Source: Acidobacteria bacterium UBA6911
GTDB lineage: Bacteria; Acidobacteriota; UBA6911; RPQK01; JAJDTT01
Direction of reading: 5' to 3'
Length of the DNA stretch: 64,000 nucleotides
Assembly (NCBI GenBank): GCA_963579905.1
Contig: CAUZIZ010000003.1
Location: forward strand, 3,249-67,248
Part shown: one piece after another, positions 51,777 to 62,071 of the stretch
Layout: each line of letters starts with the position of its first letter
Numbering within the stretch: position 1 is the stretch's first letter
Notes under the pieces: model-generated
What the model saw: the letters and a program-made list of their open reading frames with translations, nothing else
The model's database searches: none
What the model was told of the DNA's origin: nothing
Position numbers and translations under genes: made by a program

Positions 51777-52549
51777 ATGCAGCAACAGGGCCTCCAGAAT
51801 TTCTCTCCTCCTCCCGCCAGTGGCTTGGAGAGCTTCCGAAGCGCCGTCTGGTCCCGTCTGAATGACGAGACACTCGAACTGCCCCTGTTACCAGCCGTAG
51901 CGGGCCGGGTTCTGTCTCTAGCCCGCAGTCAAGACACTCGTGCAGCCGAGCTAGCCCGGGTAATCCATTCCGCCCAGTCCCTGGTCAGCATGTGCTGAAG
52001 GTTGCGAACTCCGCGGCCTATGGTTGGAACGCACAGATAGTTTCCCTGCAGCAAGCCGTAGCTCGATTGGGATTCGAGCGGATCGCCGAGATTGCATTAG
52101 CAGTTGCGGTTGGCGGTCGCCTCTTTGCACTTGACCGGAGGAAGGCCGAACTCCAGAAACTCTGGAGCCATTCGGTGGCGGCGGCCTTCTGTGCCCAGGA
52201 GGCCGCCTGCCTACTGAGACGCAATACTGAAACAGCGTTCTTGTGCGGGATGCTCCACGATATTGCTAAGCCGGTCGTCCTAGAGGTCGTACAAACCGTG
52301 GAGAAATCTCTAGGTTCAGAGCTCGAATCCGAGGCCGCCGTTCTCCTCATGGAGGAGTTCGGGGGCAGAGTGGGTGCCCAGTTGGCCCGGGAGTGGGGAT
52401 TGCCCGACCAGGTGCAGGAAGCGATTGCCTGCCGGTACTGCTATGAAAAGGCCTCCCACTATCCCGATGAGGCGAAGACGACCTGCCTTGCCGACTTGCT
52501 CTCGGATCATATGCTGAATGAGGCCCCTGACGAGGATGTGTGGACCTGA
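51777..52549 (+). pseudogene. HDOD-domain signalling protein with a frameshift near 51993..51997.
   Basis: ORF 51777..51998 ends ...ELARVIHSAQSLVSMC*. The HDOD consensus continues in the next frame (ORF 51992..52549) as LKVANSAAYGWNAQIVSLQQAVARLGFERI...GMLHDIAKPV. Confidence 0.6.
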
Positions 52550-52625
52550 ATCTCTATCCAGACGATGTGGACTCCTTGCTTTCCAAGAAGGAGTCGGTTC
52601 TGGAAGCCGTCGAATCGATGAAGCT

Positions 52626-54119
52626 ATGAAGTCCTCAGACCACTACGACATTCTGGTCATCGGGAGCGGGCCGGCCGGTCAGAAGGCTGCAGTTCAAGGA
52701 GCCAAGGCGGGCAAGCGTGTGGCGGTGGTCGAGCGGGACCGAAACGTCCGCGGTTCCTATGTCCATACCGGTACGATACCCCAGCAAGACCCTCAGAGAG
52801 AATGCGCTGCAGCTGGACCGATATCAGCGCAGCAGCACAATCTTGGAGTGCAAGCTCAGAGAGGATCTCAGGGTGGACCACCTGATCGGGCGGATGCATC
52901 AAGTCGTCGAGTCCCATGTGAGCTTCATGAGTAGTCACCTTGAACGAAACCACATCCAGCGCCATCTGGGCCGGGCACGCTTCGTCTCGGAAGCAGCCGT
53001 GGAGGTGATGTCTCCCAACGGATCGACCCAACGCATTGGCGCCGACGTCTTTGTAATCGCCACAGGATCCAGGCCGCGTATCCCCCGCCCGAGATTTCAG
53101 TCGACCACCAATACATCCTGGACAGCGATTCCATACTGTCCATGAACTACCTTCCCGATTCGCTGACGGTCCTCGGCGGCGGCATCATTGCGTGCGCATA
53201 TTCCTCGATCTTCCAGCTCCTGGGAGTTCGAGTCACGGTCATCGACCGCTCGAAGCGCCCCCTTCACTTCTTGGACCCTGAAATGACGGAGGAGTTTCTG
53301 AAAGGCTTTCGAGGGAGTGGTGGTCGCTTCTTGAGCGATCGCCGAATCAGCGAGGTAGGTTGGGACGGGGTCTCGAAAGTGAATGTCGAGTTAGTTGATG
53401 GAGACAAGATCGAGAGCGAGAAGATGTTGGTCGCCATAGGACGACAGGCCAACCTGGACGGACTCGGTGTAGAGAGTGCCGGTCTCGAGGTGGATCGTTG
53501 CTGCAAAACGTCCGTTCCCCCTATCTACGCCGTTGGAGACGCTGCCGCCCCCCCGGACTGGCGTCCTCGGCGATGGAGCAGGGTCGGCGTGCTGTCCTTC
53601 ATGCCCTTGGGTTGGGGAAGGACAGCAACGACGAGGCGATCCCAATGGGCATCTACACGATCCCCGAGATGGCCGCTGTGGGGATCACAGAGCAGCAGGC
53701 AGCCGATCGTTTCGGCGGCGCCCTGGTTGGTCGGGCACGATTCTCTGAGGTGGCACGCGGACAGATCTCAGGTCTGACGGTGGGCTTTCTGAAGCTAGTA
53801 GCCGACCCCCGGGAAACGGTTGCTCGGCGTCCACATTGTGGGCGAGGGCGCAACCGAGCTGATCCACCTGGGTCAAATAGGGCTCCTCGATGGCGGCGGG
53901 GTAGATTTCTTCGCGGACAACATATTCAATTTCCCCACGCTTGCCGCGGCCTATCGAGTGGCCGCTCTGGACGTAGTCAACAAGCGCTCCATTCGGGCCC
54001 AGATCGCGCGCGATTCCTCAGCTGAAACTTCAAGAATACGTCGCACGTCTCTAGTCCCCGGACGGCGCGTCGAACGGGCCCTGTTTGCCGACAGCATCAA
54101 CCTACTTCCGCAAGACTAG
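52626..54119 (+). pseudogene. SthA/Lpd-like pyridine-nucleotide-disulfide oxidoreductase (soluble transhydrogenase-like) broken by 4 frameshifts.
   Basis: It is colinear with E. coli SthA across five overlapping ORFs. Frame 1 gives [19 protein letters not shown]...VERDRNV. Frame 2 gives [15 protein letters not shown]...FVIATGSRP. Frame 3 gives ISVDHQYILDSDSILSMNYLPDSLTVLGGGIIACAYSS...PPIYAVGDAAA. Frame 4 gives LASSAMEQGRRAVLHAL...IPMGIYTIPEMAAVG. The last frame gives LLGVHIVGEGATELIHLGQ...FNFPTLAAAYRVAALD. The shifts are at C4 52779..52782, the c-tract 53082..53090, C7 53548..53554 and near 53806..53818. Confidence 0.75.
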
Positions 54120-54154
54120 AACTAGACTCCCCAGACTCTTGTCACGACCTGAGG

Positions 54155-54326
54155 ATGAACTACCAGTACGACAAAGCCAAGTCCGTCAGAGCCGCGAACG
54201 ACTTGAGCCGTTAGCAGCATGAGGCCAAGTTCCGAGGAGAGAGCTGGACAACTCTTCCCCACGTAGTGCCGCACGATATCGCCTATCCTCAACCGAAGTT
54301 TCGTTCTCGAATGGGGCAGCACAGCT
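54155..54326 (-). repeat. Copy C of the ~220-bp repeat family (inverted orientation, 3'-truncated).
   Basis: The reverse complement aligns with copies A and B over ~170 bp. It lies 36 bp after the sthA-like pseudogene. Confidence 0.7.
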
Positions 54327-54368
54327 GGGGGGCGAGACTGATCTGGGACTTCTCACGGCCGGCTCTGA

Positions 54369-57131
54369 TTGACAGCATTCGGTGTCGCTGCTAACTTACA
54401 TTTCCAAGCTATGGATTGCCGAGTCTTCCTAGCAGCCTGCGCCGTGATGGTGCCAACTTTCGCTCCCTCGTTCGGCTCTGACGCTGCAACAGCAGAGTTC
54501 TTCGAAATGCGGGTCCGTCCGCTCCTAGCCGACAACTGCTACGCCTGCCACACCAGTGCAAAAAAGGGGGGCCTTCAAGCAGATTCAGACGAAGGTCTGC
54601 GGCGGGGTGGCAACTCGGGACCCGCTGTCCTTCCCGGGAATTCAGCGGGGAGTCTGCTGATCCAAGCCGTTTCCCAGACTCACGCGCGGCTGAGTATGCC
54701 TCCTCAGGGCAAACTTTCCGCCAACCAGATCGGATATCTGAAAGCCTGGATTGATGCCGGTGCCGTCTGGCCAGAGACCGAGGAGAACCTTCTGCACGCC
54801 GCCGAGACCGCTAGTCACGTCGTCCCACCCGAGCAACGTGCTTTCTGGTCTTTCCAGCCTGTTCTGGAGCCCTCGCTGCCAATCGTAAGAGACCGTAGTT
54901 GGTCCAAAGCCCCGGTCGATCATTTCATTCTGGCGAAGCTCGAACAAGGGGGCCTCGAGCCAGTACCTGCGGCGGGTAAGAGGACTCTTATCCGACGAGC
55001 CAGCTTTGATCTTATCGGTCTGCCTCCCTCTCCCGAAGAGGTGGAGGCTTTTCTCGCCGATGATGACTCACAGGAAGCCTTTGGCAGGGTAGTCGACCGC
55101 CTCCTTTCTTCGCCCCACTACGGAGAACGATGGGGACGTTATTGGCTGGACCTCTCCCGCTATTCAGATGGCCGGATTGGAGCAAGAGAAGATACACCCT
55201 ATGCCAACATACACCGCTATCGGGACTGGGTCGTCCAGGCCTTCAACCAGGATTTGCCATACGATCGCTTCATAAAGGCTCAGTTGGCGGCGGACCTGCT
55301 GCCATCCGAAGGGCGAGATGAGCTGCTTGCCGGTCTCGGTTTTCTGGTGCTCGCTCCCAATCAGGACGATCTGGTCGACGTCACGGCAAGGAGTTTCTTG
55401 GCTCTAACCGTAGGTTGTGCCCGGTGTCACGATCACAAGTACGATCCCATACCCACCCAGGACTTCTATTCCCTGAAGGGCGTCTTCGCCAGCAGCGAGG
55501 TTTGGGACCATCCGCTGGTCGAGGAGCAGGTCGTCGAGATCTACAAGAAGGCCGAGGAGAAGGTCTCAGATCAGAAGGATTTGATCCAGAAATTCATCGA
55601 GTTTCAGTCGAAACAATTAGCCGACATTCTGCTGGAACAGACCTCTTCCTATCTGGTCGCTGCCTGGAAGGTGAGTCGTGCACAACAGGCCTCCGCCCAG
55701 GCTGCTGCCGTGGAAGCACAACTCGACTCGGAGGTGGTAAACCGTTGGATCAAGTACCTGGACCAGACAGAGAAGGAACATCCCTATCTGGAAGACTGGG
55801 AAACGATGTTGGCCCGAGGAGGGACCCTTCAAGAAGCCCGAGATCTAGCGGATCAATTTCAAGAGATCGTCCTCACGATAAACCTTGAAAAAAAGGAGCT
55901 GGAGGATCGGAACTACGTCAAGCTGGGAGGTGCCAAAGGGGCCTCCGACATGGGGACCCGCCAGTATGCCAATCTTGAGTTTCTCGACCTCCAGAAGTGG
56001 TATCTGTGGAGAGATCTGGCAGCGGAGCCACATCCCAGGGGAAGCTTCAGGTTCGAGGGTGGAGTGGCGTACTACGGCTCCGAGGAGGGTCTGGAGATCA
56101 ACCGCTTTCTGACCGGCGAATGGAAAAGGCACCTGGACCGAATGCGGGAGGAGCTGAAGCGGCTGGAAGAGGCATTGCCTGAACCCTATCCTTTTCTGCA
56201 CGGCTACCGGGATTTGGAGAAGCCCAAGGATCTCCGCATCGCCATCCGCGGCGACGAAGACAACCTTGGCAAAGTAGCCCCCAGACGATTTCTACACGTC
56301 CTCAGCGCAGGAGTCCCCGCGGCCTTCGGCCAGGGCAGTGGACGTCTGGAATTGGCCCAGGCCATCGCCAGCCCGGAGAATCCGTTGACGGCTCGGGTGA
56401 TGGTCAACCGCGTCTGGCAGCATCACTTCGGAGAGGGAATCGTCCGCACTCCCAGCAATCTGGGCCGGCTGGGGGCGAGGGCGAGCCATCCCGAACTGTT
56501 AGATTATCTGGCGGCACGATTCATTCAGAGCGGCTGGTCGATCAAGGCCCTTCACCGAGAGATCATGCTTTCCGCTACCTACGCTCTGAGTTCGCAACAC
56601 CGCCAGGAGAACGCCGAGAAGGATCCGGACAACCGTCTTCTGTGGCGGGCGAACCTGATCCAGCGGCTCGACGCCGAGGCCTTACGCGACACCATTCTTT
56701 CGGTTTCAGGAAAGCTGGATCGCTCCCTGGGAGGTCCGTCAGCGCCCCTGGACATCGACCATCGCCGCCGCACCCTTTACACCGTCGTGAGTCGCACCAA
56801 ACCCAACCCGACCCTGACGATGTTTGATTTCCCCGACCCCAACAGTCACAGCGCCAGCCGAAGCATCACGGTGGGTCCTATGCAGAGGCTTTATTTCCTC
56901 AACAGCAATTTCGTGATGGACCAGGCAGCAGCGTTGGCTGAACGTCTAAAGAGGGAAGCCCCAGGCGGCCCCCGGCCACAAATCCAGCACGCCTACGCCC
57001 TGCTCTACGGCCGCACGCCCACAGCCGACGAGGTCCAGCTGGGACTGGACTATCTGGGGGACGGAGAAGAAGCCTGGCCCACGTATGCGCAGGTGCTCCT
57101 CGCCTCCAGTGAGTTCAGCTCGGTGCCGTGA
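54369..57131 (+). CDS. PSCyt1 (c-type cytochrome, CxxCH) / DUF1549 / DUF1553 protein.
   Basis: Heme motif NCYACHTSAKKGGL. DUF1549 block LSSPHYGERWGRYWLDLSRYSDG. CARCHDHKYDP. C-terminal DUF1553. A likely signal peptide from ATG 54411 (MDCRVFLAACAVMVPTFA). Confidence 0.85.
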   Translation: MTAFGVAANLHFQAMDCRVFLAACAVMVPTFAPSFGSDAATAEFFEMRVRPLLADNCYACHTSAKKGGLQADSDEGLRRGGNSGPAVLPGNSAGSLLIQAVSQTHARLSMPPQGKLSANQIGYLKAWIDAGAVWPETEENLLHAAETASHVVPPEQRAFWSFQPVLEPSLPIVRDRSWSKAPVDHFILAKLEQGGLEPVPAAGKRTLIRRASFDLIGLPPSPEEVEAFLADDDSQEAFGRVVDRLLSSPHYGERWGRYWLDLSRYSDGRIGAREDTPYANIHRYRDWVVQAFNQDLPYDRFIKAQLAADLLPSEGRDELLAGLGFLVLAPNQDDLVDVTARSFLALTVGCARCHDHKYDPIPTQDFYSLKGVFASSEVWDHPLVEEQVVEIYKKAEEKVSDQKDLIQKFIEFQSKQLADILLEQTSSYLVAAWKVSRAQQASAQAAAVEAQLDSEVVNRWIKYLDQTEKEHPYLEDWETMLARGGTLQEARDLADQFQEIVLTINLEKKELEDRNYVKLGGAKGASDMGTRQYANLEFLDLQKWYLWRDLAAEPHPRGSFRFEGGVAYYGSEEGLEINRFLTGEWKRHLDRMREELKRLEEALPEPYPFLHGYRDLEKPKDLRIAIRGDEDNLGKVAPRRFLHVLSAGVPAAFGQGSGRLELAQAIASPENPLTARVMVNRVWQHHFGEGIVRTPSNLGRLGARASHPELLDYLAARFIQSGWSIKALHREIMLSATYALSSQHRQENAEKDPDNRLLWRANLIQRLDAEALRDTILSVSGKLDRSLGGPSAPLDIDHRRRTLYTVVSRTKPNPTLTMFDFPDPNSHSASRSITVGPMQRLYFLNSNFVMDQAAALAERLKREAPGGPRPQIQHAYALLYGRTPTADEVQLGLDYLGDGEEAWPTYAQVLLASSEFSSVP

Positions 57132-57404
57132 ACCGGGCACAGCTCTCACTGACTTCGGCACGTTTCAGCCTGGAGGGGATTCCCAGTCCTCAACTCTCAG
57201 CCGCACAATCCGGGAGAACTCGAGGGGTGGCCGACTTTCGCGCTCGAGGCGATCACCCTTCCAGAATCCCACGACTTCATCAAAGAAACCGGGAGGCCAC
57301 TGCTCGAAGATTTCCTCCTGAACCAACTGCGCCAGGGTGTCGAGAAACGCTCAATCCGCTGGCTTCGGCCTTCTCTCTGATTCGTCTGGAAAGCGATTCT
57401 GCTG

Positions 57405-57480
57405 CATAAAGGTGGAGCTGGAGCATGTGGAGCTGTGGCATATGGAACATATAACACATGTATGTGCATGTATGTGAATC
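57405..57480. promoter_or_regulatory. Low-complexity, repeat-rich upstream region (gagcatgtggagctgtggcatatgg...cacatgtatgtg catgtatgtg) ~200 bp 5' of the DUF1501 gene.
   Basis: Direct tandem duplication of catgtatgtg and related gcatgtggag units, with a CATATG palindrome. AT-richer than the surroundings. Confidence 0.25.
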
Positions 57481-57677
57481 TCTGCCCTCAGGCTTCATAA
57501 AGCTTGTGGTTTAAGGAGGTCGCTTTGGTCTCCGGTCCGAAGTTCCTCGTCTTCGAGGCCTTCGGCTCGAAGGACGGCAGCCTAGAAACCACCGTCACGA
57601 TCCGGATAGGCACCGTGACAGGTTTCGAAGATTTGTGTAGAATTCAAACAATACTTTGTCCGATGTAGGATCTTCGT

Positions 57678-59051
57678 ATGAATCGACGTGAACTTCTGTC
57701 TCTCGTTGGCGCTGGCTTTGGCTCAGTTGGACTCTCGAGTCTTCTGGCGGCAACCTCTCGCAGCTCGTCCCTCGCCGTGCGGGCTCCCCATTTTCCTGCC
57801 CGCGCCAAGCACGTGATCTTTCTTTTTCTTAACGGCGGCCTTTCCCAGGTAGATACGTTCGACCCCAAACCGATGCTCGACCGGCACGACGGCGATCCGC
57901 TGCCCGGCCCCAAGATCAAGACCGATCGGGCTTCGGGGAACTTGATGAAGTCGCCGTTCCGGTTTCGCCAGTGCGGCCAGAGTGGTCTCCACGTTTCAGA
58001 GATCTTCCCTCGGGTCGGCGAAGCGATCGATGATTTCTGTGTCATCCGCTCCATGCACTCGGATAATGGGAATCACGAGCCCTCGCTTCTGCTGATGAGC
58101 TGTGGGCATCAGCTTCCGGGACACCCTTCCATGGGCTCCTGGGTTACCTACGGACTGGGATCGGAAAACGAGAATCTTCCGGGTTTCGTGGTGCTTTGTC
58201 CCGGCAGCCCGACCGTTGGGCCTCCCCTTTGGTCTTCGGGTTTCCTACCCAATTCCTTTCAGGGAGCACACATCCGCAACAACGAGACGGAAACGGAAAA
58301 GCTGGTTCAGAACATTCGCAACGCGACTCTCGGTCCAGACGATCAGAAAAGACAGCTGAGCTTGCTCGATCGCTTGAACCGCTCCTATCTGGGGCGGCTG
58401 GGACAGCAGCCGGCTCTGGAGTCGAGCATCGAGGCAATGGAAATCGCCTTCCGGATGCAGACGGAAGCTCCCCGCGTTTTCGACATTACCAAGGAGAAAG
58501 AATCCGTCCGATCCCGCTACGGTGAACACGACTTTGGTCGCGGTTGCCTAATGGCGTTGCGGCTGGTGGAACACGGGGTACGCATGGTGCAGGTTTTCTA
58601 TGGGGATTTTCAACCTTGGGACAGCCACGACGACATCATGGACCACGGCCGGCTGGCTCGCCGAGCCGACGGACCCATTGCTTGTCTTGTCGAGGACTTG
58701 AAGTTGAGAGGCCTGTTCGACGAGACGCTGATCATTGTGGGCAGTGAGTTCGGTCGCACGCCGATGATCCAGAACAGTGGCTTGGAGAAGATCGGAAGGG
58801 GCCGTGATCACAACGTCCACGGTTACACCACGCTATTGGCGGGTGGAGGGGTCAAGGGCGGACTGGCCTATGGTGCGACCGATGACTTCGGCTTCAAGGC
58901 CACCGAGAATCCGGTCCACCCCAACGATCTGCACGCCACCATCTTGCACCTTCTCGGCCTCGACCACAAGCGCCTTACCTACCGCCACAGTGGTCGAGAC
59001 TTTCGGCTGACCGACGTGGGCGGCAAGGTCCTTCGGGAGATCTTGTCCTAG
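57678..59051 (+). CDS. DUF1501 (sulfatase-like) protein with a TAT signal.
   Basis: MNRRELLSLVGAGFGSVGLSSLLAA is a twin-arginine signal. DUF1501 blocks (FLNGGLSQVDTFDPKP, SEFGRTP). It pairs with the upstream DUF1549/DUF1553 gene as is usual in PVC genomes. Confidence 0.85.
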   Translation: MNRRELLSLVGAGFGSVGLSSLLAATSRSSSLAVRAPHFPARAKHVIFLFLNGGLSQVDTFDPKPMLDRHDGDPLPGPKIKTDRASGNLMKSPFRFRQCGQSGLHVSEIFPRVGEAIDDFCVIRSMHSDNGNHEPSLLLMSCGHQLPGHPSMGSWVTYGLGSENENLPGFVVLCPGSPTVGPPLWSSGFLPNSFQGAHIRNNETETEKLVQNIRNATLGPDDQKRQLSLLDRLNRSYLGRLGQQPALESSIEAMEIAFRMQTEAPRVFDITKEKESVRSRYGEHDFGRGCLMALRLVEHGVRMVQVFYGDFQPWDSHDDIMDHGRLARRADGPIACLVEDLKLRGLFDETLIIVGSEFGRTPMIQNSGLEKIGRGRDHNVHGYTTLLAGGGVKGGLAYGATDDFGFKATENPVHPNDLHATILHLLGLDHKRLTYRHSGRDFRLTDVGGKVLREILS

Positions 59052-59535
59052 CTGGCTCCATTCTGATGCCCTTTGCGCGCGGGCGAGGCGTCGAGTAGAA
59101 GGGCCGCACAAGTCAGCAGCACCGTGCTGCCGGACCAAAACCAGTAGCCGTCACCCCAGGCGCTCAGGTCCAGGCGTGAGAACCCGTCGCCCAGCAAGAC
59201 GCTGAAGGCCATGATCGAAGCAGTCCCGCCAAGACACGCCGCCAGCGGCCAACGACGCTTCGCCACGACGATGACCGCAAGCCAGTAGACACCATTTACC
59301 AGCCAGCCCACAGCCAAGGAGCCCTGAGGCAGAGGAATACTCCGTAAGTGAACGCCAGAAAACCGGACTCTCCAAAGCGCCCGGTGCCAACTGGGAGAGC
59401 GAACGTAACCAGGTAGAGTGCGCCGCTCGACCAGAACATCGGCTTCGCCACCGAAAAAGTGTCGAGTCTCTGCTTCGTTTTCGAATAGGGTTTGGATACC
59501 AGTGTAAACATTTTTCCTCCATTCCTTCGACCCAA
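59048..59535 (-). pseudogene. Small multi-TM membrane protein, possibly frameshifted. Function unknown.
   Basis: Two overlapping hydrophobic ORFs (59296..59535 and 59048..59317) in different frames would make one ~160-aa membrane protein. Confidence 0.3.
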
Positions 59536-60107
59536 TCGAGGGTCACTCAGAGTGTTTTCAGATACTCAATTCATGCCCTGCGGTTTTCGTCGGTCTTGAT
59601 CCGCGACCAGACAGCATGACCTTGATTTCCGTGGCCGGCTCTGTCGGCATTGAACCAGTTCCGATCATCTCGGAACTTTCGAAGAAGTTCCGCCTCACCC
59701 AAATGGATGAACTGCGTCGGGTAGAGCTGCTGTCCCACTCGCTCGGGGTCGAACCGCCGTGCCGCCACCACACTGAATATCTTCGGTCGCTCTGCTTCGG
59801 ACCCCAATAGATGGTAGAGGATGGGAACACTGCCATTGTGGAGATACGGAAAGTTGACCCAGACCCCTGTGAGGGGCGGCGCGGCATAGCCTTCACTCTT
59901 CTGAAGATCACCGTGATCGGCGATCGGGCTCTCCTGGGTGCGGTTTCGGAACTGGCCCACTGCAATCCCTTCCTGCCGGAGCGCATCGATCTGGAGCGAT
60001 CGGTACTCGGTCCGGAGTTTCTAGAGAGCGAGCCGGTCTGGAGCATGCAGGTCGATGATCCGAAGAAGCCGCGGGCGAACTCATGGAGGGTTCACGAGCA
60101 CGTCGAA

Positions 60108-60719
60108 TCATTGGTCGACCTGCTGCGCCAGGGCCTGTTGAAGGGGGTGCCCATCGGCCATCAGCTTGATGTCGGGCCCCACCACGTCACGCACCTCAGC
60201 CGCGGCGGCGAGATCTTGAGCCATCGGATTGCCGCCGATCCTCATCTTGAGGGCAAGCAAACCGCGGTCGACAAATTCGAGAGCCTCTTCCGGGTAGTGG
60301 TCCACGGGGTCGAGTCCTTCGGTATAGTTCAATGACGAACCGTAGGCGGGGACCTTTTCCCATAAGCGTCCACCGTAGAGTTCTGCGATGGGAAGGTTCA
60401 GAGCCTTGCCCCGCAGGTCGTCCAGGGCGATATAGATCGCTCCGACAGCCCAGCCATCTCCAAAATTATGCCCCCAGAGTTGCTGCCAGATTTCCCTGTT
60501 CCGGAGTGGATCCCGCCCAATCAGCAGGGGCCCGAGCTGCTCTTCGATCAGAGCCCGAACTCCCGCCCGTGCACCGGTCTTGCCCCAACCAACGATCCCC
60601 TCGTCGGTACTGATCTTTACCAATACCACTTCCCTGAAGGGGTACAGAAGAGTGGAGGGCCCCATCGCCTTCGGCAGCCTATGTTTGAGGAAGTAGGTTT
60701 CTACGGCTGTGATCTTCAT
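60108..60719 (-). pseudogene. Enolase-superfamily (mandelate racemase/muconate lactonizing enzyme) N-terminal portion. The C-terminal barrel is missing.
   Basis: MR/MLE N-terminal domain MKITAVETYFLKHRLPKAMGPSTLLYPFREVVLVKISTDEGIVGWG. Start of the barrel LKMRIGG...DIKLMADGH. It ends with two stops within 10 codons. No downstream frame continues the family. Confidence 0.55.
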
Positions 60720-60878
60720 TCGGGTTCCTCACCTTGTGCGTTTGTTAATCATGCACAATTCAGGGGAAATTATAGCCGGCCGTTCGCCACTTCAGCTACA
60801 GTTGTCTCATCATCCGGTGTGATCAGTCGGATTGGCTCGTGGGTCGGCATTAGGTTACAGTTTCGCAGGGAGGAAAAA

Positions 60879-62057
60879 GTGGACAGAAACTCCGAGAAGC
60901 TAGAGACGAGGGTCATCCATTCAGGGGAACTCAAGCCGCGCATCGGGGGTGCGGTGAACATGCCGATCTTCCAGTCGGCAACATTCGAATACGCGGGAGA
61001 GAAAGCCTATGAGGATGTTCGCTACGTTCGACTGAGCAACACCCCTAATCACCTGGTCCTGCACCGTAAGCTTGCCAACCTCGAAGGGGGCGAGGCCGCG
61101 GTTGTAGCCTCTAGCGGAATGGCTGCAATTACGACTGCCCTGCTCACGGTCCTGTCGAGCGGGGATCATCTTCTTGTGCAGGAAGGACTCTACGGGGGGA
61201 GCCACAGCTTCATCACGGAAGACCTCGGGCGGTTTGGTATCAGCCATGACTTCATCGACGGTGATCGAGCCGGCACCTGGGAATCCAAGCTGCGGCCAAA
61301 CACGCGAGCGGTCTACGTAGAGTCGATGACCAATCCCTTGATTCAGGTACCTGACCTCCGGGCAATCGTGGATTTTGCGCGTCGCAAGGGGCTGATCTCG
61401 ATTGTCGACAACACCTTCTGTACGCCGGTGAATTTCCGGCCTCTCGAACTGGGTTTCGATCTCTGCGTTCACAGCGCCACCAAATACCTGAACGGCCACT
61501 CTGACATTGCGGCGGGAGCGGTAATAGGAAGTGAGAAGCTGCTCCAGCAAGTCAAGCGTCAACTCGGGCACCTTGGAGGAATGCTCGATCCCCACGCCTG
61601 TTTTCTACTTCACCGAGGCCTCAAGACCTTGGTCCTGCGGCTCAACCATCAGAACCGGAGCGCTCTGGAGGTTGCCCGCTTTCTAGAGAGTCATACGGCC
61701 GTCGCCTGGGTCAACCACCCGGGGTTGGAGAGTCATCCCCAGCATAAGCGGTCCCAGGGCCTTTTCTCTGGGTTCGGTGGAATGCTGAGCTTCGAGCCCA
61801 GAGGTGGCCTGGAAGCCTCGAATGCGTTCCTAGAAAAGCTGGAACTGCCCTTGATCGCTCCCAGCCTGGGAGGTGTTGAAACTCTGGTAACTCTTCCCGC
61901 AACAACTTCTCATGCTGGGATACCACGGGAAGAACGCCTGCGACTGGGGATTTCCGACTCCCTGATCCGCGTTTCGATCGGCATCGAGGCCACAGAGGAC
62001 CTAATCAACGACTTTCGCCAGGCCCTCGATCTTGATTCGGTTCCTGGCAGCAGGTAA
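60879..62057 (+). CDS. Cys/Met-metabolism PLP-dependent enzyme (cystathionine gamma-synthase/beta-lyase, methionine gamma-lyase family).
   Basis: TRVIHSGE...SATKYLNGHSDIAAG (PLP-lysine motif). ORF 60468.. is trimmed to GTG 60879, which has a GGGAGG Shine-Dalgarno sequence 6 bp upstream. The earlier part overlaps the antisense enolase-like remnant. Confidence 0.8.
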   Translation: MDRNSEKLETRVIHSGELKPRIGGAVNMPIFQSATFEYAGEKAYEDVRYVRLSNTPNHLVLHRKLANLEGGEAAVVASSGMAAITTALLTVLSSGDHLLVQEGLYGGSHSFITEDLGRFGISHDFIDGDRAGTWESKLRPNTRAVYVESMTNPLIQVPDLRAIVDFARRKGLISIVDNTFCTPVNFRPLELGFDLCVHSATKYLNGHSDIAAGAVIGSEKLLQQVKRQLGHLGGMLDPHACFLLHRGLKTLVLRLNHQNRSALEVARFLESHTAVAWVNHPGLESHPQHKRSQGLFSGFGGMLSFEPRGGLEASNAFLEKLELPLIAPSLGGVETLVTLPATTSHAGIPREERLRLGISDSLIRVSIGIEATEDLINDFRQALDLDSVPGSR

Positions 62058-62071
62058 ATTGGGTCCCAACC

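Noticed and set aside
59571-59960. 129-aa minus-strand ORF (…FDPERVGQQLYPTQFIHLGEAELLRKFRDDRNWFNADRAGHG…) as the missing C-terminal part of the enolase-superfamily gene.
   Set aside because: Although in the same frame as 60108..60719, three stops intervene and the sequence does not match the enolase barrel consensus. It was left unassigned.
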